A stretch of 64,000 nucleotides of DNA from Eledone cirrhosa (Eukaryota). Numbering within the stretch: the first letter of the stretch is position 1; the number at the start of each line of letters is the position of its first letter. The notes under the pieces were generated by a model that saw only the letters and a program-made list of their open reading frames with translations, had not been told where the DNA came from and did not search any database. A program made the translations under genes and the position numbers. The DNA lies in NCBI GenBank assembly GCA_964016885.1, contig OZ024740.1:408704001-408768000 (forward strand), given 5' to 3'. This document shows positions 12,701 to 25,143 of this stretch, in pieces.

Positions 12701-12868
12701 AAGGGAAATAATTTCTGCATTCTCGCAGTCCTGTTTCCACGATTTGATTAAATTTTGTAGGGTTGTTCCCTCGGCCTTTTTAGTGCATTCTTCCTCCATA
12801 TTTTTATCAGTATCCTTATACTCTTGCTCGTTGGAGGTGGCCCTTAATTTTAGGAGTTCTATTTCCAT
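9800..12868 (-). CDS. Penelope-like reverse transcriptase + GIY-YIG endonuclease (1022 aa). The N-terminal part continues in another frame to about 13020.
   Basis: PLE motifs include LSKGLKFTPTP, FYGLPKLHK, RPII, SFDVINLYTNIP, GTAMGTKVAPTYANL, RYLDD and FLDI...YKPTD. The Cys linker CGRTNCGTC and NLIYAITCGGCKHNYIGQTG (GIY-YIG) are typical of the Neptune group. Confidence 0.95.
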   Translation of the reverse strand: MEIELLKLRATSNEQEYKDTDKNMEEECTKKAEGTTLQNLIKSWKQDCENAEIISLKRWEKSENWFLKYEEDFKRTHQTGNPFIKHLNITRTTTDTFTPPNPTHTNHRHIPQQHKPNTANYTKRNTPNHHNTGFRRNAPYINQRRNNIDPTRNTHTTFLRINPPRPLEITTELTHNHTRHHPQSNKRQPPNLNTLYHRNNAPRPHEPTTEPLLINNHNTYHPHHHTHPHETTSYRPTRNRPTKYNHTQNYIPFLGKSLKYQDTRCPPPQEKQKIINLSKTPLTNTQINILSKGLKFTPTPRKPNFPEMKDDIMEYCRKLRLTEFFHNDTNTEDESLVRNKSNFCPQKGRNKALDTYCEHITNFPYEKITNKHTKSNLSTHEWEELFTLRNNPEITIKEADKGSTVVIMNTDYYRTLALNILENNTYYEKTENYKHTKTMGNLLTLLNKYRNSLTTKEFNYISHFKCNTSSFYGLPKLHKCKPINDACDTSTNNYIELTPPEDLKLRPIIAGPTCETHRLSNFLDILLKPFLRHIQSYIRDDLDMLKHLPKTVSANTILVSFDVINLYTNIPHNYGITAVQYWLNTHPSEIPTRINKDFITDGLRFILQNNYFTFNGSTYRQVSGTAMGTKVAPTYANLVMGFHEQQIYSQSLLLFGDSFHTHLKANWKRYLDDCFILWQEDMNSLTMFKNMINNIDNNIQFTMESNPKELAFLDILISVIDGKLDTDIFYKPTDSKQYLFFTSSHPKHTKLNIPYNLAKRICTIVSDPPKREQRLKELKDTLILRAFPLEIINNGIDRAKHLNPHQLNNPKQKTTLNTLPYVSTFNPRNTEMFDHLHKNLPILLKDVKMKSILETHKILKSKRQPKSLKRILTGPNIPKPILNPTVTKCGRTNCGTCLYLTEGQKFTFKDGQTFTVKNNFTCNSENLIYAITCGGCKHNYIGQTGTSLRKRMTIHRQQIRDASTRKIPLSSHIANCAGMTLPNFKIFPFYKCSDSFPQQQRINKENLFLNKFKPKLNGLSPQ

Positions 12869-13017
12869 GTGTTATCCTGTTGAGTGACATTTGTTCACGG
12901 AGTTTTCTTTCTGGTTCAGGTTCGTTTGTAATATGCTTTATTTGGAATTTACGTGGTAAAACTATCGGTGTTGAGTTAATCCATTTTTGGTAAATTCCAG
13001 CTTTGTTGAGGTTTTTT

Positions 13018-13586
13018 ATCACCTACACAAAAACCTCCCCATCCTACTTAAAGATGTAAAAATGAAGTCTATTCTTGAAACACACAAGATCCTTAAAAGT
13101 AAAAGACAACCCAAATCACTAAAACGCATTCTCACTGGACCAAATATACCCAAACCAATCCTCAACCCTACAGTTACCAAATGTGGTAGAACAAACTGTG
13201 GAACGTGCCTCTACCTCACTGAAGGACAAAAATTTACATTTAAAGATGGCCAAACATTTACAGTAAAAAACAATTTCACCTGCAACTCGGAGAACTTGAT
13301 TTACGCAATAACTTGCGGTGGGTGCAAACACAACTACATAGGACAGACGGGCACCTCATTACGCAAAAGAATGACCATCCACCGCCAACAAATCCGGGAC
13401 GCTAGCACAAGAAAAATCCCCTTGAGCAGCCATATTGCGAACTGCGCAGGAATGACACTACCCAACTTTAAAATCTTCCCCTTCTACAAGTGCTCAGATT
13501 CGTTCACACAGCAACAAAGAATAAACAAAGAAAATCTATTCCTTAACAAATCTAAACCAAAACTAAACGGGTTATCACCCCAATAG
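13018..13586 (+). pseudogene. Inverted duplicate of the Penelope C-terminus (GIY-YIG)
   Basis: The translation is identical to the end of the 9800-12868 protein except DSFP>DSFT and NKFK>NKSK. Confidence 0.9.
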
Positions 13587-14089
13587 AATTGTCATAAAAT
13601 ATAAACACACATATGCACGGAATCACTACTATTAAAGACCAGAGACCAATTCTGTAGAATCAGGTTTATTCGTTGACAGACCATGCCTTTGTGTGACCAA
13701 CACATCCATGTTAAACCCTGCACGTGCACACACATATATCTATATATATATGCGCACACAGAATTCACCACTGTCGGTTGCGGGGCCCAATCTACATGAA
13801 GAACTCAATGTGATCAGAATGACTTGTATTTTAATTTCACTGCCCTAACTTCTTATATTATGGAAACAATATATGTGTATGTATGTATATATATATATTT
13901 GGAGGCCATTTCTCTGTGTGTGGGTGTATGTATGTGTATATGTGTGTGTGTGTGTATGTGTGTGCATGTGGATGTATGTATTGTGTGTGCGTGTGTGTGT
14001 GTGTGTGTGTATGTATGTGTGTATCTGGATGTATGCGTATGTGTATATATATATATGTGTGTGTGTGTGTGTATATATATGTGTGTGTA

Positions 14090-14133
<44 letters not shown>

Positions 14134-14226
14134 TATGTGTGTATGTATATATATGTGTGTGTGTATGTATGTGTGGGTGTGTGTATATATGTGTATGTAT
14201 ATGTGTGTATATATATGTATGTACAC

Positions 14227-14258
<32 letters not shown>

Positions 14259-14307
14259 ATGTATGTGTGTATCTGGATGTATCTGGATGTATGTGTATGT
14301 ATATATA

Positions 14308-14339
<32 letters not shown>

Positions 14340-14411
14340 CGTGTGTGTATGTGCATATATGTGTGTGTGTATGTGTGTATGTATATGTATGTGTGTGTGT
14401 ATGTATGTGTG

Positions 14412-14482
<71 letters not shown>

Positions 14483-14828
14483 ATGTATATGTATGTATGT
14501 GTGGATGAAGGTATGTGTGTATATATAGGTGTAAGTGCACTAAATCCCTTTCTATCAATCTCCCCTCTCCTACCGAGCACAGGAAGATATATGTATATAT
14601 ATTGCTTCCACCCCCTCACTGACCAGCAGCTGGCCATCTGGCCATTGCTAAATCTGACCTTTATAAAATAACCCACACTCCCAAATAACTTCTCATTCAC
14701 TACCAGAAGCAGTCAACGAGCTGCTACCAAGATGAAAACTACTATGAAATCCCACAATGAATTTTATACTTGAATTTTCAAATCTCAAATTTTAACTCTT
14801 CTTATTATTAATTTTTCTTAATATTAAT

Positions 14829-14878
14829 CAACATTTGAAAAGATGGCTTTTGCAGACCCATCGAAACCGGTCATTTTT
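14829..14878 (+). ncRNA. Variant minimal hammerhead in the Penelope pLTR (mirror at 8533-8581, minus strand)
   Basis: TTGAAAA(14835)-GATGG-loop-CCATC-GAAA-CCG-GTC(14872). U3/A8 replace C3/G8, stem III is the palindromic ACCGGT, and stem I is weak. Confidence 0.6.
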
Positions 14879-15019
14879 TATACCCTTTATTATTTCCTTA
14901 CCTTATAAAATTATATGTTTTTTCACAAAAAAGTATTCTGTCTCTTATATATTCCATGTGCCATTACCAACCTCAATTTTCTCTATAACCTTCGTTTTGT
15001 GTAGTAAATTACACTTTTC

Positions 15020-15049
<30 letters not shown>

Positions 15050-15051
<2 letters not shown>

Positions 15052-16230
15052 ATAAAAGAAGTGTGCTAGCAGCCGAAGTGTCCCTGTACCACTGATTTTC
15101 ATTCCTGCCATGCATCACTCCGCAACAAACCAATCGAGTGCATGTAAGAAATTACCTTCCAACGAGTTGATTAGTAACATACTGTCTGCAAATTCCAGTT
15201 GACTGATCCTCGAAGACCTGCCGCACGATTTCTCAAACACCTGCCGCAATGTGAGTATTTGATCGGCATTGCTGCACCCAAGCTGAAAACCTCACTGTTC
15301 ATCAGCTAGCTTGGACTCTCAACAATCTCCCTTCCTCTCTTTGAGAGACACTTAGCATAGATTTTACTGGGGAGGCTTAACAAGGAGTTCCCTTTTTGAA
15401 AATTAAGATTATCACTCCCCATTGCCATTGCTTGGATGCATTTCTAGAGATCCAGGCCACCCGGCACATACAAGTCAGCCAGAGAATACTTTCTCTATTC
15501 AAGGCTTTTAATATCTCGAGCCGAATTTCATCCTCTCCAGCGGCCTTGCCACATTTGAGCTCTTTAAATGCTCTTGTGACCGGGTTTAGGAGGTCATCAA
15601 AGTATACTCTCCACTTTATTTGCTGATCTGAAGTCGGATTCCAGCTTAACCCCGAAGTCCTCCCACGTCTTAAAATTAGACGCCTTTATTTGCTCTGCTG
15701 CGGCTTTTCGCGCCTGGTTGTACCACGAATGCAAAAAAGGACTTATTTCCAAGCAAAGCTTTGTGGGCCTTCTTCTTTGCTCTGATGGCATCATTGACCT
15801 CTTGAATGAACCAAAGAGTTTGTAGCGGTTGTCTCCCTTGTTGTGACCCCAATAGATTAACATCTAGACGGGAAGTAGAACCCTTTCTGTAACTTCCGGT
15901 CAGAGCCCTATAAAACGAATAGCCTTCGGCTCTCTCTCTCTCATTTGGCCTTCCGACGCCTGGCCTTAGCCAGGCGTCCTCTGCCAGCCGCGTTTGCCTG
16001 GCAATCAAAACGGTAACGACTAACTTTGTTTCATTCTATCATCTATCTACGAACAACTAGCACAGAATCGAAGAGATCAGAGACAATAAAAAAAAATCAA
16101 TTATAATTGGTAACCAGTGACAGAGATCAATAATTATTTATCTCTGACACTGATTGCCCTTATACCATGTGTATTTACGGGTGTCTTTGTGGTTCCAAAG
16201 GGTACGGTTTGGTCCCTTGCGAATCCTCTT
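15050..16230 (-). mobile_element. Degenerate RTE-clade LINE fragment (end of endonuclease to start of RT)
   Basis: Minus-strand translations include QEVNDAIRAKKKAHK, WEDFGVKLESDFRSANK, LKCGKAAGEDEI and DQILTLRQVFEK, with frameshifts. Confidence 0.75.
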
Positions 16231-16644
16231 TGGGGTTTCAGGATATGCAGTCTTTATGCATCCATCCCACACCTCCTAGGATAGGTTGCAGGCCCATCAC
16301 CAGTTTTTACAGCCTGTGATAAAGACTTCAACATATTTTTCGAACAGGCTCATCTGCTTAAAGCCTGAACGCAATCTGCTCGAAGGCCGATGCGGTAAGA
16401 CTGCCTGGGTTGCGTTTAGCTATATTGCAGTTAACTTTTTTTTCCTTGTTCTTTCTTTGATGGAGTTTTTTTTTTTTTTTTGCGATAGTCACCAATCTGG
16501 TACTTTTCTCAGGCCCGTGAAAAGCAATAAAAAGAAAACTTCGACAAATTGTATAGATAGCTAAGGGAGATAATTCTTTTATTTTATTTTTATAGTTATT
16601 CCCCTTGAATCACTTCTATTAAACATTCTGTAGTATAAAGTTTA

Positions 16645-16901
16645 TCTTGATCCCGAAGGCTTATCAGATTGATACTTATCACAGTTTCCATGGCCTGAAA
16701 CGACTGAGAATACATGTTTGTCCCCTGGATAGGATGCCAGTCCATTGCAGGATTAAACTCTCAGCTATTGCTGGGGCTTATTTTCAGCTGAGTATACTGG
16801 GGCAATTTGAAATGAAATATTTTGCTCAAAACCACAACACACAGGAATCAAACCCATGGCATTATGATCGTAAGTCCAACACCCTTACCACGCGCCTCCA
16901 C
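16645..16901 (-). mobile_element. tRNA-derived SINE, family B
   Basis: It matches 42668-42920 and 51783-52005. The tRNA-like head is followed by TTGAGCAAAA-ATTTCATTTC. Confidence 0.75.
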
Positions 16902-17284
16902 TTTAAACATTACTTGCTAGATTTAAGTTTTTGTTGTCTTTAGTACATCCCCTCAACATTCTAAAATTCTATTTTCATGTCAGTTGCCACTGCTTTTCAT
17001 AATTCTTTTTAAGATCGATAAAGAAAAAATATAAATTTTATGTCAGGATTCATTCAATTGATATATTTTTTCGTTAGTGTAAAAAAAAAATCCTTGTGTT
17101 CTGGGATTCGGTGGAGCGCGGAATAAAATAATTGTTGTGTTTAGTTAAATCTCAACACAGAAATCCTGTTTGAGTCGTCTTTGGCTTTCTTTCTTCCGTA
17201 AATTATTTAATTTACGTACTCGGGTCGGTTTATCAACCAGTTATCTACATACCTGGATTTATCCAGTAATTATTTTTTCAGCCT

Positions 17285-17470
17285 GTGACGTTCGAGACAT
17301 TTGGCAGAGTTGGGCCGCTGACAGCGAAGTTCTTGTTATCGCTGGCGGCTCGCCTTACGGAGGTGTCAGGTGGTGCCCGTAAGAGTGCCTGGTTGTTTCA
17401 GCGCCTTAGCCTCGCCATCACCCGTGGCAATGTTGAGAGCGTATTGGCTTGTCTCAAAGTGTTTAGGTAA
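17285..17470 (+). mobile_element. CRE-like non-LTR retrotransposon C-terminal fragment
   Basis: FETFGRVGPLTAKFLLSLAARL...WLFQRLSLAITRGN matches the ETxG...QRLSxAxQRGN end of CRE-clade restriction-like endonuclease domains. Confidence 0.65.
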
Positions 17471-17474
17471 CCTT

Positions 17475-17745
17475 TAATTGAGAAATCACAGCTCTGATAC
17501 TATGGACATGTGGTTAGAATATCTCAGGAAAGAATCGCTTGACAGATTTTACAGGCAAAACTAACTGGCAGGAGACCCAGGGGTAGACCCCGAGCAAGAT
17601 GGTTGGATAACATCCATGAGCTCAGCTGGTCTTGCTAGGGGGTCCAGCCAGATCAATTGAAAACAGTTGATTCTGACAGAATCCACTGGAAGGAGTGTTT
17701 GAGGACTCTGCCTCCACGACCCTCTCAGGAATAAGTGAGCGAAGA
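17475..17745 (+). mobile_element. RTE-clade LINE 3' end
   Basis: IEKSQL*YYGHVVR...TGRRPRGRPRARWLDNI. Other copies are at 30110-30560 (-) and 46410-46635 (-), with (GAA)n tails. Confidence 0.75.
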
Positions 17746-17982
17746 AGTTATAACCCTAAATTTCTGACCTTGTGCTTAGGTTAGATAAAATCATTATTAT
17801 TGAGGTGGTATGACTCCAATACATGTAACATGGGAGACTCCGTTAAAGGCCACCAAAGAATGGACAAAATCTAACACCAAAATAGGCCATGGTGACAGAA
17901 AGGTGGAACAAAAGTCTAACAATTCCACTAATCTAGTACACTAGACTGATACTTTATTTATCGACCTCAGCTGGATTAGAGC

Positions 17983-18189
17983 CAGAGCTGGATTAACTAT
18001 CAAGCAAAATAATCACATGCATAGGCCATCATGGGAAGACGGGCATCATTTTTTTTTTTTTTAAATTAAATGTATTGTAATTCAAATAATTTTTTTTTTT
18101 TTTTTTTTTGCAGACTTTATATATAGAGAGTGAGGGGCACCATAATCTTTTGAGTATTTGAAGCCACAAATGGACTTAATTCAGCTTTG
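17983..18189. mobile_element. hAT-like MITE nested in a SINE remnant
   Basis: TIRs are CAGAGCTGGATTAA / TTAATTCAGCTTTG. The flanks ATTAGAGC / ATTAGACT form a near 8-bp TSD. Confidence 0.6.
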
Positions 18190-18644
18190 ATTAGACTGCA
18201 ATGCAAGAAGCCAGAATGAATATCACAAGGCATTTCATCCAGCATTCTAACACTTCTGCCAATAAGTGGACTGTTGTTATATAAATTCCACAATACGAAA
18301 TGTGAAGGTTATTCTAAAGATTTTTCTCACATTACTCTTCATATTCAGGCATTTCAGACAAAAATTATTATCCTCCCAACCAAAACATTAGTCAACACTA
18401 ATAACAGTCACTGAAAGGTTGTTATTGTAAAGATGACATATAACACTGCCACTCCTGAAGCTCATTAGAACTTTAATTACATTTAATTAGAATATATAAC
18501 AACGAGAATGGTGATCAAAGTAATATGTTCCCCATTCTAAAGTTTTAAAAGGGTTTGTTTACTGATCAAAACAATTGCTTACAAAATATTCTTGTTGTGT
18601 ATACATATATATGATATATATATATATCATGATGATGATGATGA

Positions 18645-18645
18645 T

Positions 18646-18681
<36 letters not shown>

Positions 18682-18910
18682 GTTTAACGTCCATGTTCCA
18701 CACTTGCATGGGTTTGGACGGGAGTTTTCCCACTTGGGGCAAGAGTGGTTGTCTTGCTCGCATAGGACTGTCTGGCGGGTTTTCTACAGCTGGATGCCCT
18801 TCCTAACACCAACCACATTTACAGTGTGGGACTGGGAGGTTTTTACCGTGTTGCCTAGACGGCCACATTACAGCGTGGACTGTGTTTTTTTGTCGTGACA
18901 CCTACACGAT
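18645..18910 (-). mobile_element. RTE LINE 3' UTR tail ending in (GAT)n
   Basis: It is nearly identical to 42932-43190, the 3' UTR of the RTE at 43478-44863. Confidence 0.8.
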
Positions 18911-18924
18911 ATATATATATATAT

Positions 18925-19352
18925 ATCAAATTAAAAAAACCGAGTTAAAGACTCACATTAATCCCCTGTAATTTAATGAGCTCAAGGGAGGGATAGACCT
19001 GTGCTCTTTATAAGACAGTATATAAAGAAAAGTACACAAAGAGTGAAAATCATATAATCTACAAACAGAATGGAAAATGTACAAGAATTAAACGGATAAA
19101 TTAAAGTGTACAGACCATTGTTTATAACTATATCTCCTGGACATGCTGAAAGCATGTTTCGACACAAATTAAGTGTAGTGTCCAGGATATATAGTTATAA
19201 ACAATGGTCTGTACACTTTAATTTATCCTTTTAATTCTTGTACATTTTCCATTCTGTTTGTAGATTATATGATTTTCACTCTGGTGGTCTTATGTCCCCT
19301 ATAATTGAACACACATCTCTTTGTGTACTTTTCTCTATATACTGTCTTATAA
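18925..19352. mobile_element. Fold-back element (arms about 19006-19143 / 19179-19352), Penelope 3'-end-like
   Basis: It has inverted arms and TA flanks. The loop retains GACAC...GTGTC-GAAA-CATG on the minus strand, a truncated hammerhead half. The left end is related to 29384-29705. Confidence 0.7.
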
Positions 19353-19362
19353 ATATGTGTGT

Positions 19363-19540
19363 GTGTGTGTGCAACAAAGAGTTATCTCAGATAATATAAT
19401 TAAAATATATATTATTCTCTACTTTGGCAATGAGTTTCCTCATGTTTGCAAACCCAAACGAGAGGAAACTTGCTGCCAAAGTAGAGAATAATATATATTT
19501 TAATTATATTATCTGAGATTACTCTTTGCTGCATACACAT
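19363..19540. repeat. ~85-bp-arm palindrome abutting an RTE fragment
   Basis: GCAACAAAGAGTTATCTCAGATAATAT...ATATTATCTGAGATTACTCTTTGCTGC. Confidence 0.75.
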
Positions 19541-20500
19541 ATTATTTGATAGTCTGCCTGTGATCCCACTACATCTTTTACATAGCCATAGTTTGCATTT
19601 GGGACATAGAATGGAATTTTTACTTACTCTTTTCCTGTACACTGAGCAAGGCCATTGCCCTAAGGGAATCTGGGTCCTGTTTTCCTTTCTACATACGAGG
19701 ACTTTTGTCTTTGATAAGTGAACTTTAAGACCTTTTGATTCTCAGCCATGCTTCCAGGTTTGGAATTTCTTCTCTAATTCTGCCATAGATTCAGCTATGA
19801 GGGTTAGATTATCTGCATACTGGAGTTCCCATGAGCAGCCAGTCTTAAACTCTTCTGTAGGGCAATAATAAACAAAGGGGTCTAAGGACGGAGCCCTAAT
19901 GGACACCTATCTGCACACTAAATTCTTCACTATATTCATTGTTAATTCTAAACTTGCTGACTGTTCCTCTATACATAGTTTGTACAGCCTTCAGAAGCCA
20001 CTTATCTACTCCTAGTTTTCTAAGAGCCCACCAGATAATGGAATGGAGGACTCTGTCAAAGGCTTCCTCCAAGTCAACAAAAGATAAGTAGAGAGGTTTA
20101 TTTTTAGCTAGGTACTTTTCCTACAGTTGACCCTCAAGAAAGAGAGCATCCATAGTATTTATATCTTGCACAAATCTAAACTGCATTTCATCTAGGTTAA
20201 CTCAGTCCCTAATCAGCTGTAATATTCATGACCTGGTCAACCAACTTAATGCCTCTATAGTTTTCTCTGCCTAGAGCATCTCCTTTGCCCTTGTAGCAGT
20301 TGACAATGATGCTGCTTTGCTAATGATCAGGTATGACGCCATTTTGTATAACTTGATTTACAATATGGGTGGCCATGGTGTCACCCACCATCCCCGATGC
20401 TTTCAGCATCTCGGCAGCTGTCCCCAAAGGTCCAGCTGCTTTGCCTGTCTTCATATCCTTGATTGCCTTACTTACTGTACTACTGCTAACTTGTACAGCC
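19540..20500 (-). mobile_element. Degenerate RTE LINE RT fragment (same family as 43478-44863)
   Basis: It contains KAIKDMKTGKAAGP, FVDLEEAFDRV, WELQYADN and ILCPKCKLW, with stops and frameshifts. Confidence 0.85.
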
Positions 20501-22853
20501 AGTCCTTCTGTTGGGTCAACTTGGGGAAAACTATCAAAGAAAGATAGGTTGTTGTTTATTAACCTCCATTCCACTCAACCCAGCTGAGGACATTGATTTC
20601 CTGGAGCTCAGTACTGTGGTGATCAGAATATCACATGCATCTGTGGCACTGAAATACTACCACTTTATCACTTGGTCACCATGCTTTGCCCAACATTGAA
20701 TAGCTATTGGTACCTAGGAGGTTTTGGTATAGACATACTAGTTTATGTGTTTGTCATCTTGAGAGTTCATGATGAGGAGGAAGAATGAACATGAAAATAG
20801 TCAACAACTTGTACTTTATTTTATTAATTCTGGAAGATGGAAGGGAAAGTTGATCATTGCAAGATTTGAACTCAGAACCTAGAGTCATATCTAAATATCA
20901 CAAGGCATTTGGTGAGCTGTTCTAATGATTCTACCCCATCCACATGATTTAACGGTTAATAATCAAGTCAGGAAAGTTATCAGATTGAACAGTAAAATGA
21001 AAGACAATATACCCAGTTGAACTTAATATTAGGACAGACATATTCAGACTGTTAACTATTCTATTAATGTAATTTACATAGTGTATCTCTGTCCAGTTCC
21101 TTTGGGATGCCAAAAATAGTATCTTCATTAAAGAATTGATCAATACATACATACATATATCATCATCAACATCATCCCCATCATCATTATTTTATATCTG
21201 TTTTCCATGTTGGCATTGGTTGGACAGGTTGGACTAGATGAGCTAAAGCACCATCTTGTTTCTATATTCCATTTTCAGCATGATTTCTACCACTATGCCC
21301 TTCATAATTCCTACCACTTTACAGAGTGCTCTGGGTGCATATTATCATGGCACATTTTACACAGTGGGGGTGGCTATCAAACTTTCTTTAATTCTCATTG
21401 GAGTTTATTTAACTCTAGCCATCATTATACCAAAAAAACATATTAAGATTGTGAGGTAATCTTATTTTACTTTCAAAATATGTTTATACCATAATAACAA
21501 AAAGAAAGAAAAAAGATGGGAATGGGAAGGGGGAAATTCTAGATCCTTGTCTGAATGGTATATTTCAGCTGTACCCTGCCAGTGATTATTTTAACATTCC
21601 ACTAACCCCTTGTGTAATTCTAAATCTCATTTTCTATCAAAAACTAATGCAATTACTTGGTAAATAATGGTTAAAAGACTTAAAACATTCATAAAATGTT
21701 TAAAATAGTTATTACAAATACTTTTTAGACTCAGAAAATATCAAATAAAGGGTCATGGCACTCGCTTCAAAGTTTGTGCACTTCTAAAATTTACTTCAAA
21801 TAAATCCTGAACCCTGCAGACAATATAGTGAATAAGAACAGTCAGCAACACCTCCTACCTCAGCCATTCCAACTTGTGAGACTTTTTTCTCAGGCACGAT
21901 GGCCTGGCCTTGATTTGGAGGAGTAAAACAGAGACTGAGGACAAAGGATACTGGAGGTCTCAATAGTGACCAACACAAAAAGAACCAGTCAATGCCTGAT
22001 ATTTAATCATCTTCTTCTATGTTGTAGATGGTAGCACCTGGGTTTGTAGCCATGGTGATAAGGTAGGCACCAAAGAAAATATTGTCACAGGTGATGTCCC
22101 AAACAAATGACTTACAGGAAAATTTTGAGGATGCATACAGAAAATTAACATCTTTTTAGGGTATTTTTTTAGTTAATGGTTTTACTACATTTTAGAGTTG
22201 TGATAATTCTGACCACTCTCCAAATTCAGTGTTGTTGTGTTTAGTTCCCAAATATAACTTGGACTACATTATCCATTATTTTCTTCCTTATAGGAATAAA
22301 GTGTAAGTTGGGGGATATTTGGTTTTGGTTGCTATTTCTAGGAGATTAAGTGACCGTATACAGGTTCTTGGTAATGTTGGTATGAGTGGAGTCTGTGCTA
22401 CCTTTAGGCAATCAAGGCAGCAGAGGAGTGCATTGCTGAACATTAAAGGATCACAGTTTTATACAAATTAGTATAATAAAATGAATAAATAAATAATCAT
22501 TAAACATGTTTGCTGTGTGGCAGCATTGTGGAAATATTCAAAGCAGTGGAGGGGGTTGTATGTTGTTATAACCTGTCACATGTGTGGAGTGTATAGTTGC
22601 AAATACAGGCTTAGTAATTTTCTTTGTGTGGTCAGAGCAAGAAGTGTCAAAAACTAGGTTTATCAGCTTGCCAAACTGTAAGTTGACATTATTTTATTTA
22701 GGAAAAAGACAGTTCGGTCATGTTTGAATGCTTTTCATCATAGGTCTTCTTAGTTGATCTGAACTGGGGCTAAAGGACAAAAACAATAGCCACAGACTAA
22801 GGAGGAAGCTCAGTATGGTTGTTCTATTTAGTAGAAATAGCAGCAAAATCTCC

Positions 22854-23510
22854 CACCACCACCATTATCACCACCACCATTGTCACCATCACCTCTTTCA
22901 CCACCACCACCATTGTCACTACCACCTTTTTCACTACCACCATTGTCACCACCATTATCATTATCACCTCTTTCACCACCACCACCATTGTCACCACCAC
23001 CTCTTTCACCACCACCACCATTGTCACTACCACCTTTTTCACCACCACCACCACCATTATCACTATCACCTCTTTCACCACCATCACCATTGTCACCACC
23101 ACCACCATTGTCACTATCACCTCTTTCACCACCACCTCTTTCACCACCACCACCATTGTCACCACCACCTCTTTCACCACCACCACCACCATTGTCACTA
23201 CCACCTTTTTCACCACCACCACCACCACCACCATTATCACTATCACCTCTTTCACCACCACCACCATTGTCACCACCACCACCATTGTCACTACCACCTC
23301 TTTTACCACCACCACCATTGTCACTACCACCTCTTTCACCACCACCACCATTCTCACTACCACCTCTTTCACCACCACCACCATTATCACTATCACCTCT
23401 TTCACCACTACCACCTCTTTCACCACCACCACCATTCTCACTACCACCTCTTTCACCACCACCACCATTATTACTACCACCTCTTTCACCACCCTCTCCA
23501 TCATCACCAC
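22854..23510. repeat. Compound (CAC)n-based minisatellite
   Basis: It has recurring 25-35-bp units CACCACCACCATTGTCACTACCACCTCTTT. Confidence 0.9.
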
Positions 23511-24069
23511 TAATAATTATCTTTGATTATAAAATACCAAATAATTAGCAATCTATTACATTTTCTCAAGAGAAAAAAAACCTTTTCATAAACAATAGAA
23601 GTCCAAAGTCCTTGTATTTTAGCTCAATGCAAACATAAGTATAACTGAGTGGTTAAAATGCTGATTCAGCTTGGAAATTATGTTAAGGGTACACATGTCT
23701 GTGGAATACTCAGCCACTTAGATGTTAATTCATGAGTTAGGTGTACAGTTGATAGAACAACTAAGTTCTCATAATTGAAACTAGAGGAGGATTTATCATT
23801 TTAACTCTGGTAATAAAGCAAATGGGAAGACAAATATTCCCTTGAAAAAGATACAAAGTCTATTGCTGATATCTTTCTATTGGAGATTCTGTTTTTTTTT
23901 AATGACTTAGTCAAAAGAGAAATGTCAGCATGCATGACATTTTCAGGGCCTATAAGAATAATTGAAGAAGAAAGGAATATATCCTTAAATCAGATACCTT
24001 GCCCAAATTCTTGCGTCAGACTGGACACTAATGAAGTCACCCAATGATCAGGTGATGGTAGAGTGTTAA

Positions 24070-24288
24070 CCCTTTAGCATTTAAACCAGCCGTATCTGGC
24101 CAGAATTCTCTCACCTCTTTCTGTTCAAACCGGCTGTAACCGGCCACCGATACTGATGTGAAGGTATTGTTCTCAAAATAAATAACATCAAAATCTCATA
24201 GATTCAATATTATGTGAGATAATTGCGAGGTAAAGCCTTTACCGTGAAAATACAATAGTAAATATAGAGTAATATAAATGCTAAAGGG
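24070..24288. mobile_element. piggyBac-like MITE
   Basis: The perfect 14-bp TIR CCCTTTAGCATTTA / TAAATGCTAAAGGG is flanked by TTAA / ATAA. Confidence 0.75.
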
Positions 24289-25143
24289 ATAAATCAAATA
24301 ATAGAAAAGTTTCTCTTACAAATTTCTACTCAGTTTCCATCTACCAAATTTTACACACAAAGCTTTGGTCATCCTAAAACTATGATAGATTACACTTGCC
24401 CAAAGTGCTGCACAGAGAGATTGAACCTGAAACCATATAATTGCTAAGTAAACTTCTTAATCACTCAGTGATGTCTATGCCCACTGTTTTGATTATCTAT
24501 CATCTACATGGCAACTGAATTCAGAAGGCTCTCTGCTCAGATAACAAAACCTCTGCACTAAATCACAACACATGAGCCATAAATTGATAATTATTGTTGT
24601 CGTTTAGTTTCACAAAAGTCTAGATTGAGCAAAACTGTAATCAGAAGTATTCCAGGCAGAGACCATACCATTTTTTTTCACAGTCAAGGACTAGATTGGT
24701 TCAATGTATCCTGCCTTTTTTTAAGACATTGTGGTATGATTTGGGAGAAAAATTGGTTGCTATTTCTAGCTAGTTGAGATATCTTCCAGAGGCTCTCTCG
24801 TTAGCTCACCCATAAACAGATACTGTATTCAGTTGGTTATTTTATCTGAACAGGCAGTTATGACATCAGTATGCCTTATTTCACAGGCATAAAATAAAAT
24901 ATTGATTCACAATATTGTTTTATCTATCTCAATATAATCTCTACACATTTTTTCTTTATAAATCCTTCAATAACTGGTGCCATGTATACTCCATAAATCT
25001 CTTTAAGATTGGTAAACTGTGTATTTCATAAACATATGAACAAGGCATAATCAACTTGCTTTGAGAAACTTTGAGTACCTAGGAAGGTATATGCGAGTTT
25101 GCCATGTATCTTATACAATATAGTATATAAATATATATATATA

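Noticed and set aside
12987-13586. Stand-alone GIY-YIG nuclease gene
   Set aside because: It is the inverted pLTR copy of the Penelope C-terminus, and its start is created by the junction.
20520-22140. Possible host exons on the minus strand (20560-20715, 21795-22140)
   Set aside because: There are stops in the frames I tried and no recognisable protein similarity. A non-coding exon cannot be excluded.
22815-23548. Thr-rich mucin-like, His-rich and Pro-rich ORFs
   Set aside because: They are open in several frames because of the (CAC)n minisatellite, with no signal peptide or splice evidence.
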